Below, piece by piece: positions 25,501 through 40,500 of a stretch of 64,000 bases of DNA. The position numbers were made by a program, and so were the translations under genes. A model generated the notes under the pieces. That model was not told where the DNA came from. It did no database searches and saw only the letters and a program-made list of their open reading frames with translations. Position 1 is the stretch's first letter. Every line of letters begins with the position of its first letter. Source of the stretch: Balanoglossus misakiensis (Eukaryota > Animalia > Hemichordata); assembly GCA_040954595.2 (NCBI GenBank), contig CM082576.2, positions 7,257,129-7,321,128 on the forward strand, read 5' to 3'.

Positions 25501-28500
25501 ACAGTCAACACGGTGTGACAAATTCTCGGTGGACACACAAAAAGCTCACCCATCCGTTATAGTTGGCGAAGGTCCAAGTTCGACTTGCGGGGACTGCCCG
25601 ATTGCGAGGCGATTTGCTTGAGCATTCTACGGACTGTGAAGCCCTTATAGCCATCATATAGCACCATTGACTAATGGACAAGAGTTATCCAAAGATTCAT
25701 TGGATAATTTCATTTCGAAACTATGAATCGCTTGTTTTATGCGTAGCCTACGGTAGCATACACAGCCCACGGCATCAATAGCGGGAAAGTATCACATGGC
25801 GACAGAATTTCGCATTTATCTTTTATCAACGTTACTTTCCTTTTGATTTCTTTTTTTTCGACGATGAAGCTGGATGTTGTTTAAAAATCGGTCAAGCTTG
25901 TATAAAGCAACGTGCGTGGCTGTGTTTTAATATCGGCAGTGGGTGTCACCAGTAAATTAACTGGCACTACGCAGTGTTCAATTATCTCACTTTGTGTGCC
26001 GAAAATCGCCAACAAAGCGGGCATTATTGTCAACCCCTTAGTATTCTGCATCCATTACTGCATTTCATTATGTAACATTGCGTATGACCTCAAGACCTAC
26101 TTGGCTGCCGTCTACATGTGAAAGAAGACGCTATTGGTGGGCCCATAGACCCTTGGGTCTATGGAGGGCTTTATACAACGCGCGGTGTTTCTTTTTTGAG
26201 GGGGGGGGGGGGTGAGACAACTCTTGCCATACATATAATACACAACACTTAGTATTTGCGCAAACATGATAAAACTCACACACAAGAAAACAAACACACA
26301 AACAGTGCAAATTGAATGTGACTGACCATCAGCGTCGAATTGCACGTAAATTGTCAGTAATACAACAGCGTCGGTTTTAATGGAGGGCTCAGCAGCCTAA
26401 ATTGTGTGTAAAACCACGTTTAGGGCGGTGAATATCCTCCGCATCGTTTCTTCGTAACCATGGCGACACCTTTATCGCACTCAGCCGCCAACGTCCTTGA
26501 GCGGTTGATCGCCTGGTAGTTCTCGTTCAGTAAGGGTCCTGGGCACCAAATTTCCGCGTGGGCACTGTTAAACTGCGCACCATCACAAAGCATCATAAAA
26601 TACAAGTATAATCACTTGGTTTAAATTAGCCGTTTATGTTTGGTCAAGCTACCAGATGATGTACCATTTCGTCGAAGTGGTGCTTTTCTTGGTCTATAAA
26701 AGGCTGGGCACTCGAATAATCTCCATGTCCCACTTCCATCGAAGTCAACTCTTACAGTACTGTGCACACCTTTATGTTTGGACACTCATAAAAAACTACC
26801 AATCGGGTATAGTTGTATCTTTTTTTCCAGCGGAATCTGTTTCTTTTTCGCCTTTGCTTACTCTCCAAGGTTGTCTTGTGGACAACTGGAATTTCAATGA
26901 GTTCTGTTGCCGATGTTACCTTTGCCCTCTGTAAAGAGGGCTGCACAGGTTGGTCCGCGTTGAACAATGCATAATGAACCAATCGGGGAGGCTCTTTGTT
27001 AGGCCCAACACTCAAGCCATTCCATTCATAGTTGCGGCATCTAGGGAGGTGGCCACCTCTAGCGGACGTATCTCAACAATCTCACCAGATAAGGTGTGAC
27101 CTACTCAACGCGTGGATTTTTTGTACGCAGTTTAATACGGTCGATTTTTTTCCGGAGGACCCAACCCCGTCTCCTCTATACTCGTCGATATCGTGTAGTG
27201 CCACGATCGGAGAAGTGGCGAAAATGACTTAGGAGGCAATTTCGGTGTCAACAGGTATTGGCTTTCAGGTATGTATGTTTCGTCAGTGGTCTCCGTTCAG
27301 CCGAGCAGCGGGTAATTGGCAGGGTTCTGTTTTTTTTGGAATACTTTACATTCCCGACAGCGTAGAGCGTTTCAAGCCATCGCTGTCGGTGTCTATGTAA
27401 ATTGGTTTGCCGTAGATCGTTTATTGACTTCTGCCACTGTGTGTATCGAACGGTTACATCACGTTTTTTTGTAACGACGAGAGACAATCGTGATTTGTAT
27501 GAGCTGTCCAAGAAGGTGAGGATGGGAATGAAATCCGTGTCTTCGTATTATTTGTGAGGCGCTCCGCATGCCATGGATCTTTAAGAGGTATAGATAGCCA
27601 TGTCATGTAAATAATACACGGGGTGTACATTTTCACCCTTTTTCAAAGACCAGACACTTTTCCACTTTCTCCACTACACACGTTTAAAGTCACCATGTCT
27701 TCTTTGCCATTGCTGTGGCGAAATCGGTGACCATTCTCGGCCACCGTTTTTCCTCGTGAGACCGCCACTGGTAACTGTGATTGGGTCAATTTGTGTTCTG
27801 TGTGCTCGGTTCGATGATTTCATCACAGCGAGTGAATCTGCCAAACCCACCACGCGACGCAAACAACCCAATCACCTTGCATTTTTTAAAATCCTGAGTT
27901 GATTTATTGTCAAAGTGGGCACTGGAATTTCTTAACGCATACCTTTGAAAGCTCGGTTATTTGGGTTCTGGACTTGAAGTTGGCGGTACGTGCACACCAC
28001 TCTCGGTAGGTGCATACTCGTATTAACCGTATAGGTTTGGTCACAGTCCCTCTTTTACTGTAACGGAGAGGGACTGTGGTTTGATGAACCACGCAGGTCA
28101 TGTCGTATCATTCTGATGATAATCTAAACGCTTGTGAAACGCTATTTTGAGAATGCGGCGTATTTTCCCCCAGTGATTTACATGTTACGTGTCAACCCTT
28201 TTCTTGGCCAAAATAGAGTATTGTTGACACAGATACGTGTCTTCTGTCCAGTGTTTCCATTTCTGGCCCACGCTTCATTCTTCTCTTGCCCGAGGAATTT
28301 TGTTACAAGAAGAGATTACAATAGTGATTCAATTTCTTCTTTTGCTCGCAACTTCGTTAGCGCTTTTGTCATTCGATGTCGGTAATTAGCACTTAGTCGA
28401 CGAAAAGCTTCTAACGCCGAAACTGCTTGTGTTTCATCTCGGTGCCCGGTATTCTGGGCAGTTTTTTGCCCTTGAATTTGTGCAGATTACCGGTGTGAAC

Positions 28501-31500
28501 GTTGAAACGCGAAACGCGAAGGAAACTTGAGGCAGCATAGAGAATTACAGTAACTTTAAAGATGTACAGTAAATCCCCTTTCAATGCACAGGCGGATAAT
28601 ATGCGCAACACAGTGGACGATGGGAGGTGTCGACCCATTGTTAGTCTAATGGACAAGTATCCCGTTATCACATCGGCATCATTACTGGTCTCATAAAATT
28701 TACAAAAAAATGCCCTGTGAACTCGGCTTTGATGGGCTCTTTACAGTCCAACACAATAAGTCCTTCACGTTGCAACTGCAACTTTGCATTTTTTTGATCG
28801 GCGACGCTTGAACAAGCGATTGCGATAGTTAAGAGATGTCACCAAAGGATGTCACTGGTTTTGGCAAGGTTCGACGGATAGCCAATTGATTCATTGGGTG
28901 AACATAATCATGGGGGGGGGGGGAGCACAAGGTCACATCAATACTCAAATCAAGAAAATTTAACTGCGGGAGTAAAACTATTGGTTGTGATTTGTAGAAT
29001 CTGTTTCGGTTAGTAGCGCTGTTTGGACCACGTGATCAATCAGAGCCGTTTACGAATTGGATGGGTACTCAGAGCGACGATCAACAGGTGTCAGTTGGGA
29101 GGGGGCAGAGCGCGTCCAGGGTTGAAAAATCTGCGTGCTGTAAATGTTGAGCTCTATCATCTGATTCGAAGAAACATCATGTATGTGCATGTGACACATG
29201 TCTTACTGTAGATCACAACATCGTATGATGGAGAAAATGCTCGTTGAAGGTGGCACTTTTTAAAGCCATATTATTCGTTGGAGACGGCGTTTATGTACTA
29301 GTAGCTACTCTCGTTATTCAATGCTGAACCAAGTTAAATTCGTAAGAATTGTTTACAAGGGAAAAGTTTAAATACTAGTATACCAATTTGTACCCTAATT
29401 TGCATAACAACGGAACAGCAATGTCACTTGGACATGCCAACGTTTAAGTTGAAAAAAGAGGATTTTGATCGTGATGATCGGTGGCATTTGCCACCAAGGC
29501 GTGTTTCCTGTAACACGTGTCCGCGTGAAACAACAAACTTGCCTCAAAATGTGAAATTTGTCCGACAGTAAACCGCAGCGCAACCCTAATGTTGTGAGTC
29601 TCTTCCGGGCCGTTCATTAAGTGTGACGCAAGCAAACAAGGAACTCATTTGTGCACCTGTGTTTAATAGTCGGAATGTTTTAAACATCGTCCATCACGAG
29701 GAAATACTTGCAAACGTGTCACAAGCTTCTATGTGTAGGATGCAAATTCCGAATTTTTTTTGACAACATAATTTAATGTACATGGTGATTGTTGCGCGCA
29801 TAAACACAAATCGTATTGAATATCTGGCGGGTATTTACTTTGGACACATCGCCAACTTTGCGTGCAGAGCACCAGAAACGCCACGTGGGCATTTATGAAA
29901 TTAAATTGTGTTCATAATTCTTAAATGCCACCCATTGTTCTCCTGCATGACGACAAGATAGGGTGGATTCTGACAGGTCAGCGTGGGCACTACCAACCCG
30001 CGTTTGATATGATGATGGGATACGTCACGTGATAAAATGAAACGTTAGTTTAGACAGAGCAAGATCGAAGAAAACCACACATTTTGTCCTCTCAACAACA
30101 CGGATAACATTCGCATATTTTTTTGCAGTGGAGTCAGATGATCTCAAATACAATGGCGTTTTTGAAAAATTCACCATTCGATTGTAAATTATTTCTTGGT
30201 TTGTAGTTAAAAATCTGCGACCCTGTGTCGTATATCTCATTTGTATGGGTGACGTGTATCGTGTTTTACACCCATTGTGCGGGCTACGCTCCGTAAGGTG
30301 TCCCTCAAAGTTTGGTATGCGCACCCAGTTCGTGACTACGAGCACGTAACCACCTGTTGAGCGTAGTGACTCGTCACACTGTGTTCTAAACCCGATAGCC
30401 CAGATCGGAACACAGATACTGCGGTCCTCCGATATCTACTTCCCCTCGACAAAAAAAAAATCGTCATCGACTGGCGTACGTGTGTACATGTGGGCCCGCG
30501 TGAATGATAAACGCACCGAGATAAAGCGCGTATATTGCCAAGGTCGCGGTTTTATGGGATGGTTTTACGAACTCTTGCCAACTGACAACAACGACCGCTC
30601 GTTGCATTCATTTGGTGACGCGTTGGAGGATACCTGTTGCGCCCCGGCCGCATTCTCGAGCCAGGGTCACGGTCACTCCACGTTTAAACACGTATTCATC
30701 GCCTGACTTTTACGTGCATTACGTTATACCCAAAGAACGCTTCACCCCCGACGCGCACAGTTTACTTCGGGAGCAGCATCATGTATTAAGTAAAGCAAGC
30801 GTTTATATACGATCCTGTGTCGTGTGACCGGAGCTCTCGTTGATTGATCCCTCCGGTGTCTGCATGCGTCAAAACATACTCGAGTGTCTATGGTCAGAAG
30901 GTTTTTAAATTGTGGATATTGCACAACGGATTGCGTTGGATTGCAAATTAACCCACCAGAGAAATCCATTATGGCAATATTCGAATCGGATGTGCGAAAT
31001 GAATTCGTAAAAAAATCATATCGGCAGAACAGTTGCTAGGGCTGGTTCCGGAATGTACCGCGGCCGTTTATTGAATTTACTGCGCTAAAGGCAACGTTCT
31101 AACTATTTCACGGCATCGCTTGGAATGTTTCAATCGTACTTTGCGAAGTACGTGATAACGTTTCCGCCGCTAAACATGACTGGTAAAACAGATTATTAAC
31201 AACCGAAGATTTTATTTTATAATTTGACATACGTGCAATTGCATGGCTGGCTGTAGGCCTCTATCGTCAGAAAACAAACACAGGATCAGCGCGTATCTGC
31301 AGCGCAAAGCAATGGCTTACTTTAAATAGCTTTATTGCGAGTAATTCGCTGCCTATTGGATTTAAAATTGTACCGCTTGTACATATTTGTTCTTTTGACA
31401 AGCCCGGCGATTTGTGCTGACCCCGTTTTCGGCCTCCTTAAAGGCGCCATATATAGCAAAGCGCAATAGTGCTGCGCATTGCCCATTCCTCCGGAGTCAG

Positions 31501-34500
31501 GGATGTTGCAACGCTGCTATCTGCCAAATCTCTGCGAAAATTTGCATTGTTTCGATAAGAAATTAAAGAGAAGTTCAGTGAGTAAATGAAATGTGTTGGG
31601 CTTTGATAAGTTACATAAATGGCAGGCAGGTATAAGAACTTGCGAGCAACAACAAAAATAACTTAAGATGGGGCTTGTTCCACTCTTTTTCTCTACTGGC
31701 ATGTACGTGTCACACAGGTCGACACACTACATCGATCGGCAAGAATGGCGCTCGTTGAAGTATGTTGTTTTAAATTCGCTCCACCATTTAGATTCAAATG
31801 GGTGCCACAAAACCCGGGTGCCCTCGGGGGGAAGTGGGCAAAATATACAATCCGGCCACGTGACAAAGCGCCTTAAGAAAACCCCCGAACAATGGCGATG
31901 TCAGTTCAGCACCGGCAGCCAGCGACCATCACACACCTGAGAGATTTGAATATCTATGGTTTTGGAAATAGTTCCGTTTCTTGAGATGGAAATGAACGGG
32001 GTGGTGATAAAAGACGACGCGAGATGTTGGGTTGTATGATGTGCCGATGACGTAACGTTCTGGATGAGACAAAGCGTGTGTACGGGCAAGAGTCGCCGAC
32101 ATTGAAACCACAAGTCTATTGGCGTATGTTTATATCTGCAGAGAAAACTATGCTCTTTTTCGCGTTGAACTACTTACATAGAAAAGTATATTTTCAAAAA
32201 TTTCTACCGAACCATAATGTGAACAAATCCTCCGTAGTGACTATGGTTTAAAAAGAAAAGTCAAATATGTATCATATATGCTTTTGAACGATTTCGGCAA
32301 ACAAGTTCGTCTGTTTTTAACGAGTCTGGCACCAGTTTGCAATATAACTGTCCAGTAAGTAAAGTAGATTACCGCTTCACTCGAGTATTCGCTGAAGGTA
32401 GGATAAACCATCCCAAATATGAAACAAAAATTCCACAGCGGCTTCGGGTAATCTTTCTAAAGACGCGAAGCCACCCGTCTGCTGTTAAAGAAGTTAGTCT
32501 GATCAGTCGGTGGTCGGTCGACGCGACTGAGATCTGGCCAGTCCGTTCCTGGAAAGAACTCACAGAAGTCCGATCGCATGATCGTGGCAACCGACTGCGT
32601 TCAGTAGTTTAGTCGTTTCGTGAGTATCGCTTCCGGTCAAAGTTAATAGTGACCAAATCATGATGGAGTTGATTGGTGTCGGTCGGAAAGTTGTCTCGAC
32701 AGAGAATAAAACCAACACGTGACATGTTAAGAAGCCGCGTCCTCTCACGGCGGATTTTTTCTGTTTATCACAATCGTTATGGCAGAAAATGATCGATTGG
32801 GAGTGCCACGTTGACGAAATAAAATAAAATAAAGAGTTATGTATGATCCGGTAACAGATAGCGTTACTAGACTGCGTTGTCTCTTAAAACACTATTCATC
32901 ACACAAGTCGTAATTGATGAAGCTAAACGCGTGCGTTTTGATCTCAACGCCCAATGATTGATTTAAGATCGGTTAAAAAACTCGATTCTTTTGGCGAATG
33001 GCATTTCACCACCAGTCAGTTCCAACGGCGATGCGAGCGCAAGAAGGACAAAATAGTTATTTCTTTTTCATGAGGGCCCGACGAAGGCGATGTGTACAAT
33101 CGGTTTATTTAGATTTGGCCCTAAGGATCTGCTTCAGCGGTTTTCATTGAAATGATCAACTCCATCACAGCTTTTAATAGTACCAGCTTCACAGCATAGT
33201 CCGCATGAAGTCATGCATACCCAATGACTTAGAACTAGCCCGACTACACATTTTATTCTGGTCTTTGTGTTCGTCCTTGCGTCCCCTGGGTAGTCGAGAG
33301 AACATTTTCATTTAGAATGTTCACATTCTAACAGAACCGGTGAGAGTTTAGCACCCGTGCTAGTATTTTTCCAAAAGGGTAACCGGGTCTCTCCGCGTCT
33401 CGGGGCAAATTGGTAGACCAACTTTGTTTCGCCAAGCGTGCGGTCACGTGACCGCCCCACTATGCATGCATTTACGACGTTTAGATATCCCACTGACACC
33501 TACTCGTGCGAAACAAAGTTTGGCTCTCGCCGACTGACAACCGCGAAAAAACCTCTCGTACGGTGTACGGGTGCAAGTACCTTCCGAATTCGCACAAGGG
33601 ACGCGATGGAGAGAGAGCCGAGACCGTGAGGCCCGCGTTTTCTCGCCAGGTAAGACGGAGAAAAGGGGGTTAACTTTGGGTGATCTTTTAACCCTGTCGA
33701 CCACTCCTTTTTTTGCATTCCTTCGATTCGCAACCTTTTAATAGGCACTCCTACCACAGGGCGTGTTCTTGCGACAGGTGTTTGTTCTGTGTGGGCCTCG
33801 CTCGGTCAAGGTACCCAATCGCCAGTTTCACGCCATTTAAGCGTTTAGATTTTGTCCTCCCAAGAGAAGATATCAGCGTTCCCTTGGTCGGAGGCGATAA
33901 ATGTGCACAGTACAGACGGGGGAGAATTTTGGCTCGTCGCTGAAGTGCGACATCTCTTGCATAGCTCAGCGACAGTAAGCAGCTTGGCGGATTTGTCTAC
34001 CGTTTACGGGAGTTTAATAGGTTGACCCAATTCCATCAGAAATGAGTTTAAAGGGAATATTTTTGCGAATCACGCGATGTGCTTGTATCTTTGGCGCAAA
34101 ACCAGTGTCGAAGTTTATCTTTGTAAACACTATAACCTCATGAATTTGACAGGTGATCTCCAGACTGTACTGAAGTTCATGTCAAGATCAATGCCGCCTG
34201 TCAAAAATCGAATTCATATCACGATGAACACGACACGCCACTCTAAACTTTACAAAGAGCACATTATGTGCCGAACTGGGGCGAACGGCTGTTACTTGGC
34301 GTTGCATTGTGGTGTCGAGTGTGTCTTTTCACACCGGTAAAAAAGAGAGTGTTCTTTGTTAGACGAGGGGGGACTTCCTCAACCAACAAACGTGCCGAAA
34401 TGACACCGATATCCAGTTGATGATCTGGGAGTTCTCTTGTCTGTATACGTGGACGGACTCGCCGGTTGTTGGCATCGCGGGTTCTGTGTTGTGGTGCTAA

Positions 34501-37500
34501 ACAAGTGGATCGTTGTTCCGTTAAAAACTCTACCCACCACCTCTAAGGCCAAAATAGGGACATAAATCCCTCGTGCTATAAACCTCCCAAATTGTAGTGG
34601 AATCGAATTTGTTATCACGTTACAAGAGACAACACTTTCTTTCCTTAAAATGTGTCAGACGTGCTTAACTTTGAAATAGTGAGCGTCGGTATACTGAACG
34701 TCGTAGTAATGCCATATACTAGTACCAGCCGACGTATATTTAAACAGAATGTACAGACATTGTTTCATTATCAAGCAACACGAATAAGAATGTATATCCC
34801 GATAGCGGTGACAGCGGTCGTGCTGGTGAGTGCCAACGCGAAAGGCTTTCAAGTTGTTGAGTTTGTTGGTACCCCACGCCAGGACATGGCGATAATTCAT
34901 TAAACGGATTACGTCCGTTCAAAAAACATAACTGTGTTTTATGTAAATTGTGATAGCGGTTATTTTATCGGAGATAACACACGGGCACGGAGATTCTAAT
35001 CAATCTAAAACATGCGTGATAGCTTTATGGCACATAAAGAGGGTGCGTACGGGGAAGAAGGTACGTCATCGTCTCACCAATATAAACAAGGACCCCGATT
35101 GCAACCAGGCAACTAGATATGCACGGAGGTAGTACATGTACCACCTTATCAGTCGACTTTAAACTTCCCATATGTCAACACATTAACTCGTGTTCGAGCA
35201 TCCAATTATTATGTCACGGCCGCGTCGACAAAAGTCCCTATTATCTAATACTAATGACAAGAAACACGATATCGGCGTGAATTGGCCAACAGCGTTCCTT
35301 GACGGGGGCGAGTCGACTCCCCCAATGTGTACATACGGGCACAAAGAGATCGCAGGCACCTGTCCAGGGGATAGAGTTTGAACACGTTCAAATTGCATTG
35401 CGATGATCTACTCGCGTGCCACCATTCGTATTGCTATTTTGGCCACTCAATAACGACTCTGGGTGTAAAAGAACTTCACTTTGCATCATCGTGTTATTAC
35501 AACGACCAAAAGTAACTAGTCTCTGTAAGAACTTCTAGGCAAGAACATCTTGGCAATGAAAAACAAACAAATTTCCAACTACACAGGTGTGTTGGGTTCC
35601 GTTTCATTGAAATTGCGAATTCATGTATTATTGTGGTTACACAACGATGCTAGGTAGCGAGCACCAATCGCATGGCGTTAGAAGCTTTTCGCATTCCAGC
35701 AACTTGGCTATATTGAATTTCCGTCGAGTGTGTGCGTGGTACTTCCCCTATTGACTTCATAGTTTAACGAATGCTTGCTGTGTATACATGTATACTTGTA
35801 CAAAAGGGTGGAGCAGGGGCAATTGTTTGTTGTCGGAAACGGTTATGGTACACACGCTAAGTAGGCCGACCTTATATTGACTTCACCTTGTCCATAGACT
35901 TCAATTCAGAAGCACTGCATTACCCAGAAATTCGGGAAAAAAAACACTTCTGTCGCGACTTTCATAAACACATTACAAAGCGTGCATATGTATGTGTATG
36001 CATTGCTTCTGTAGCCCACTTGATCTCACAGGCGCCTGTTTTATACCATGTTATCGATAGCATCGCGCTTTTAATACTGCTGTCAGGGCAGGTTGACTTT
36101 CGGCAGGGTATACGAAGATATTTATGGGCCTTGGACGGCGTCCATGGAATTGGGCGCACTTCACTTCTGACACTTGTAGGCCTAAACGGCAACTGTGCCG
36201 CGATTCCTTTGGTTTATAATCGCCATCGAGTGCGCACTTCCCGCTGAACCCTGAGACGTTATCGGATTTCTGCCAAGGTGTGTAACACCAACCCTCTAGG
36301 TGCTTGATGTCAGTGGCTGAACAACTTTGCAGCGCAAAAACACTCGCGCATACCATCAAATACTAAGGGTATAACTATAAACGATGACGTGTTGAACGAG
36401 GAATTTTTTGGGTGATGTGTGTCTTTCTCAATGGCTCTATATATCATAAGCGGTCACCATGATTCGGTGACCTTGTCCCGTTCCTTTTGAGAACTTTCTT
36501 TACCGTCCCGATCTGAAAAATACCATGTTAGGTTTTCGGAGGTCACGCGCGCTAACAAACATGTTTGGAAGCACCTGCCATACTCAGCGAAGTGTGGCAT
36601 TTGAACGCGTTGACGCAGCAGTGCGAATTAACCAATTAAAACTTTTGCGCTGTGTACCAAGTATGAAGTGCCGATGTGAACCTTCAACTTTCAGCGTTCA
36701 CTCGAGCAGATTAGGAACTCCTCGATGTCGAGGACTCCCTGAGGCAAGGTGGGCGCGTTACATTGACCCTTCTTGTTGCGTAATGCCAAAATGGCGTCTT
36801 TTTTAGAGGGTGGAAAAAAGTAGGCAAACATCGCTAATGTGAAAGTCGTTGATGAGAATCGGGGATATTCTTTGTGAGGGGCATAAAACAAGGGGCGGAA
36901 TAATTGTACCCGCACTTGACCGTGAACTAAAGGCTACAATAGGCTAAGAATTTGGCAGGAATGCAAGGCACGGACTTCGAATTCTTATTGCGCATAATAA
37001 AATATGACGTTGTTGACCCCAGCAGTTTTTTCACTTGTTGTTTACCTTGTGTACAATTACCAGTACAGTCGCCACGGAGTGTGACCAGCTACAGTGGAGA
37101 TCACAAGGGTATTCAGGCACCGTCTGTGGAATTGCCGGATAGATGATAAATCGTGATCATCGACGCATTTCTTAAAGTAAAATAAAAAGAAATACTTGGT
37201 CAACACTTACGCCACCCCAGCGCAATGACTTCCAACTTGGGCTTACGCAGGTGTACAGTCACTCCATAGTGGAGTGACTGTGCACTGGGGTAAATCACTA
37301 CTGTCAACTGGTATATTATCGATTCGATACTTTAGTGATCATGCCGTTTCTGTTATTTAAAATGCAACGATCAATAAACAAGGCAGGGCTACCGTCCTTA
37401 TTTCACACCAAATAATTACAGAGACAATCGGGCGGACACCACCGTCTGAATCAACAGGTGGCTCCGCTTGTTTCATCGATTTTTTTAAGTCAACACAAAT

Positions 37501-40500
37501 AAAGAACTTCGACAGTTAGGCTCTGTGCGATTGTAACAACTTGATGCGCGAAGTAAACGGGAGAAAAATATCGCGGACGCTAAATCCATAGACAAACACG
37601 CCTACATAAAATAAGCGTAATTGCACTCTACTATACTGTACGTGTTTGTCGTGTTTTCGAACACGAAAGTATTACAGAGACGCCCTCATTGACAGCTCTT
37701 GTAAATTGTTTCCTTCTGTTTTTACAGAGTGTACGGCTTATCAAGTATTTATGTCAAGTCTCAATGACCAAGGCATGGAAGTACCTGCCGGCGCTGTCAT
37801 AGAAAATGTACACGCAAATAAGGTAAGATTCGGGCGAGGTGGGGTGTACTGAAGTACCTGGACGAAGAAAAAAGGTCTCTATATATAAATATTTACGCGA
37901 GAATTAACAGAAAAGTAAAATGAAACATGCGACATCTGGATAGTAAGATGACACGCACAAGGATTAAAAAGATAAGTTGTCACTCATTAGTCCTGTCCTT
38001 GTCAGGAATAGCAAAATGCCTGTAGGCTCAAACAACTATCATTTTTTTCCAATGTAGGATGACGAAATTAAACAGGAGCACATGGCTGAAGTCACGATTC
38101 AAAACGGTCACTTGGAACCAGGGCAGTGGCAAAAGAAGGGGGACATTGTCACTGTTCTGCTCAATGAACACCACACAGACTCCTCCCTTGGTCTGAACAT
38201 CGCTGGAAGCCAAGAGGATGGAATATTTGTCAATAATGTGACATCAGGAGGAGCTGCCGACAAATCAGGCTGTGTTGATAAAGGTAAACTTTACACTTTG
38301 GCTCAATAGAAACTTTTTTTATCTGTCTAGGTTTCTTTAACTTGAAATAGCATCAAATATTGGGAACTTTGAATTGGTGCTCAGATAATAATCCTAAGCA
38401 ACTTCAAGTCACCAGGCATGGTGATTGCAGCTCTGGTGAAATTAAATCTGATACTTTAATTGGCAGTCCCAATCAATTTCCTTTGCAATGTTTCCGTCTT
38501 CATAGAAAAAACAGTTACGAAGTTTGCAATGTAACAATATCTTTGATTTGTTGCAGGTGACAAGATTCTGAGTGTGCGAGTGTTCTTCAAAGACATTGCA
38601 TACGAAGATGCCTTAACCATTCTCAGCTACTCTGCAAGGTACCAGGTGGAACTGGAATTGGAAAAGGCTGGCCAAGACACGAACATCCCACTTGCAGATC
38701 AGGATATTGAGATTGTGCCTCTGTCACCGTACCCCCCACAGACACCCTTGCTGCCAGGTGATATACTTGATTCACCACATCAAGATGAAGAACTCAGTGA
38801 CTCAGTAAGAAGTAGTCCACTGCCGAATGTCTTACCAGAAGATGGCTCCGGTCGAGTGACACTGAAACATGGACGAGAAGATTCCATCGACAGTGGTACT
38901 GTCTTAAGCGAAGCCGATTCTCCAACTTCTACTCAGGACAAAGTTGTGCACTTTGATCTCGGCAAAGGAAAGCAACTACCTCAGGACATTGCAGAGCAGG
39001 ACGTTTCAATTTCTGCAGAAGATTCCATTTTTGACTATGACACTGGAGACGTGGACAGTGACCATGATGTCAGTGTGGAAATCCAAAATGCGCTCTCATC
39101 GCCAGATGAAGATATTGTGCCAACCATCAGTGTGCCTGTGAGCAGTTCTGTGGGAGATGTACTCTCTGGAGACAATCAAAAGGAATTATTGACATTGGAT
39201 GCAACAGGCAGAAGAAGGTCTTCCAGTTCTTCATCATCCTCCTCCTCCTCTTCCTCCTCGTCATCTTCAAGTGCAAATGAAAATGACTTAAGTAAAAGTC
39301 TGGAGAAGCAATTTTCTCCAGGTCAGTTTTCTGACAACATTGATCTCATTGACACGCCAACTAAGAAAGTCATGTTAGCAGGTTCTGATGACGTGGACTT
39401 TGTGGGTGAAATTGAATCTGCGCTAAAAATGAGACTAAATCAGGGAGGAGATGAGCCAGAGAAATTCTACACCAAGGATCATGCTATTGACATTAAAGTC
39501 CCCGAAAGGGACAGTGACAGTAGTGATGAAAATACAAAACTGGATCTTCAGGCTGATATTGGCGCAAAAGATATAGATGTGCAACCAGGATCACCATCTA
39601 TTGGAATTGACTCTCCAGAAGCTCAAATAGAAATTGTTGGGAAAACGCGGAAACTGAGTGACAGCAGTAATTCTGGAAGTGAGGATTCTGTGAAAGAGGT
39701 TTTAAGGTTACCACGGAAATCAAGGAAGAGTGAGAGCAGCAGTAGCAGTAGCAGCAGCAGCTCGGACAGTGAACATTCTCAAGATGGTCGAGCTGATATT
39801 GATAGTCATGTTGAAGTACCACAAATAGCTATTAAGGTACGGCGGAAATCCAGCAACAGCAGTGACTCAGACAATGAACAAATTGTTGACAAGCTGAAAA
39901 TAGACAAATTGAAGACTGAAGTTGATAAACCAGAGCCTGTAGACATATCCCTTCCAGGACTTGTGGTGAAACGAAAATCCAGCACTAGCAGCAGCAGTAG
40001 CAGTTCTGAGAGTGAGGATGAAGACAAGCCTAAGAAAAAGCCTGATGTCTCTGGTATGATCACTGTTGACTCACCAGAAATAACAGTGAAAGAACCAGAT
40101 GTCGACAAACCAGAGCCTGTAGACATATCCCTTCCAGGACTTGTGGTGAAGCGAAAATCCAGCACTAGCAGCAGCAGTAGCAGTTCTGAGAGTGAGGATG
40201 AAGACAAGCCTAAGAAAAAGCTTGATGTCTCTGGTGTGATCACTGTTGACTCACCAGAAATATCAGTGAAAGAACCAGATGTCGACAAACCAGAGCCTGT
40301 AGACATATCCCTTCCAGGACTTGTGGTGAAGCGAAAATCCAGCACTAGCAGCAGCAGTAGCAGTTCTGAGAGTGAGGATGAAGACAAGCCTAAGAAAAAG
40401 CCTGATGTCTCTGGGGTGATCACTGTTGAATCACCAGAAATATCAGTGAAAGAACCAGAAATATCAGTGAAAGAATTAGATGTCGACAAACCAGAGCCTG

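Noticed and set aside
23000-37600. Numerous 60-120 aa ORFs in the long intron as nested genes or transposases
   Set aside because: They show no recognisable motifs or consistent exon structure, and their lengths are compatible with chance.
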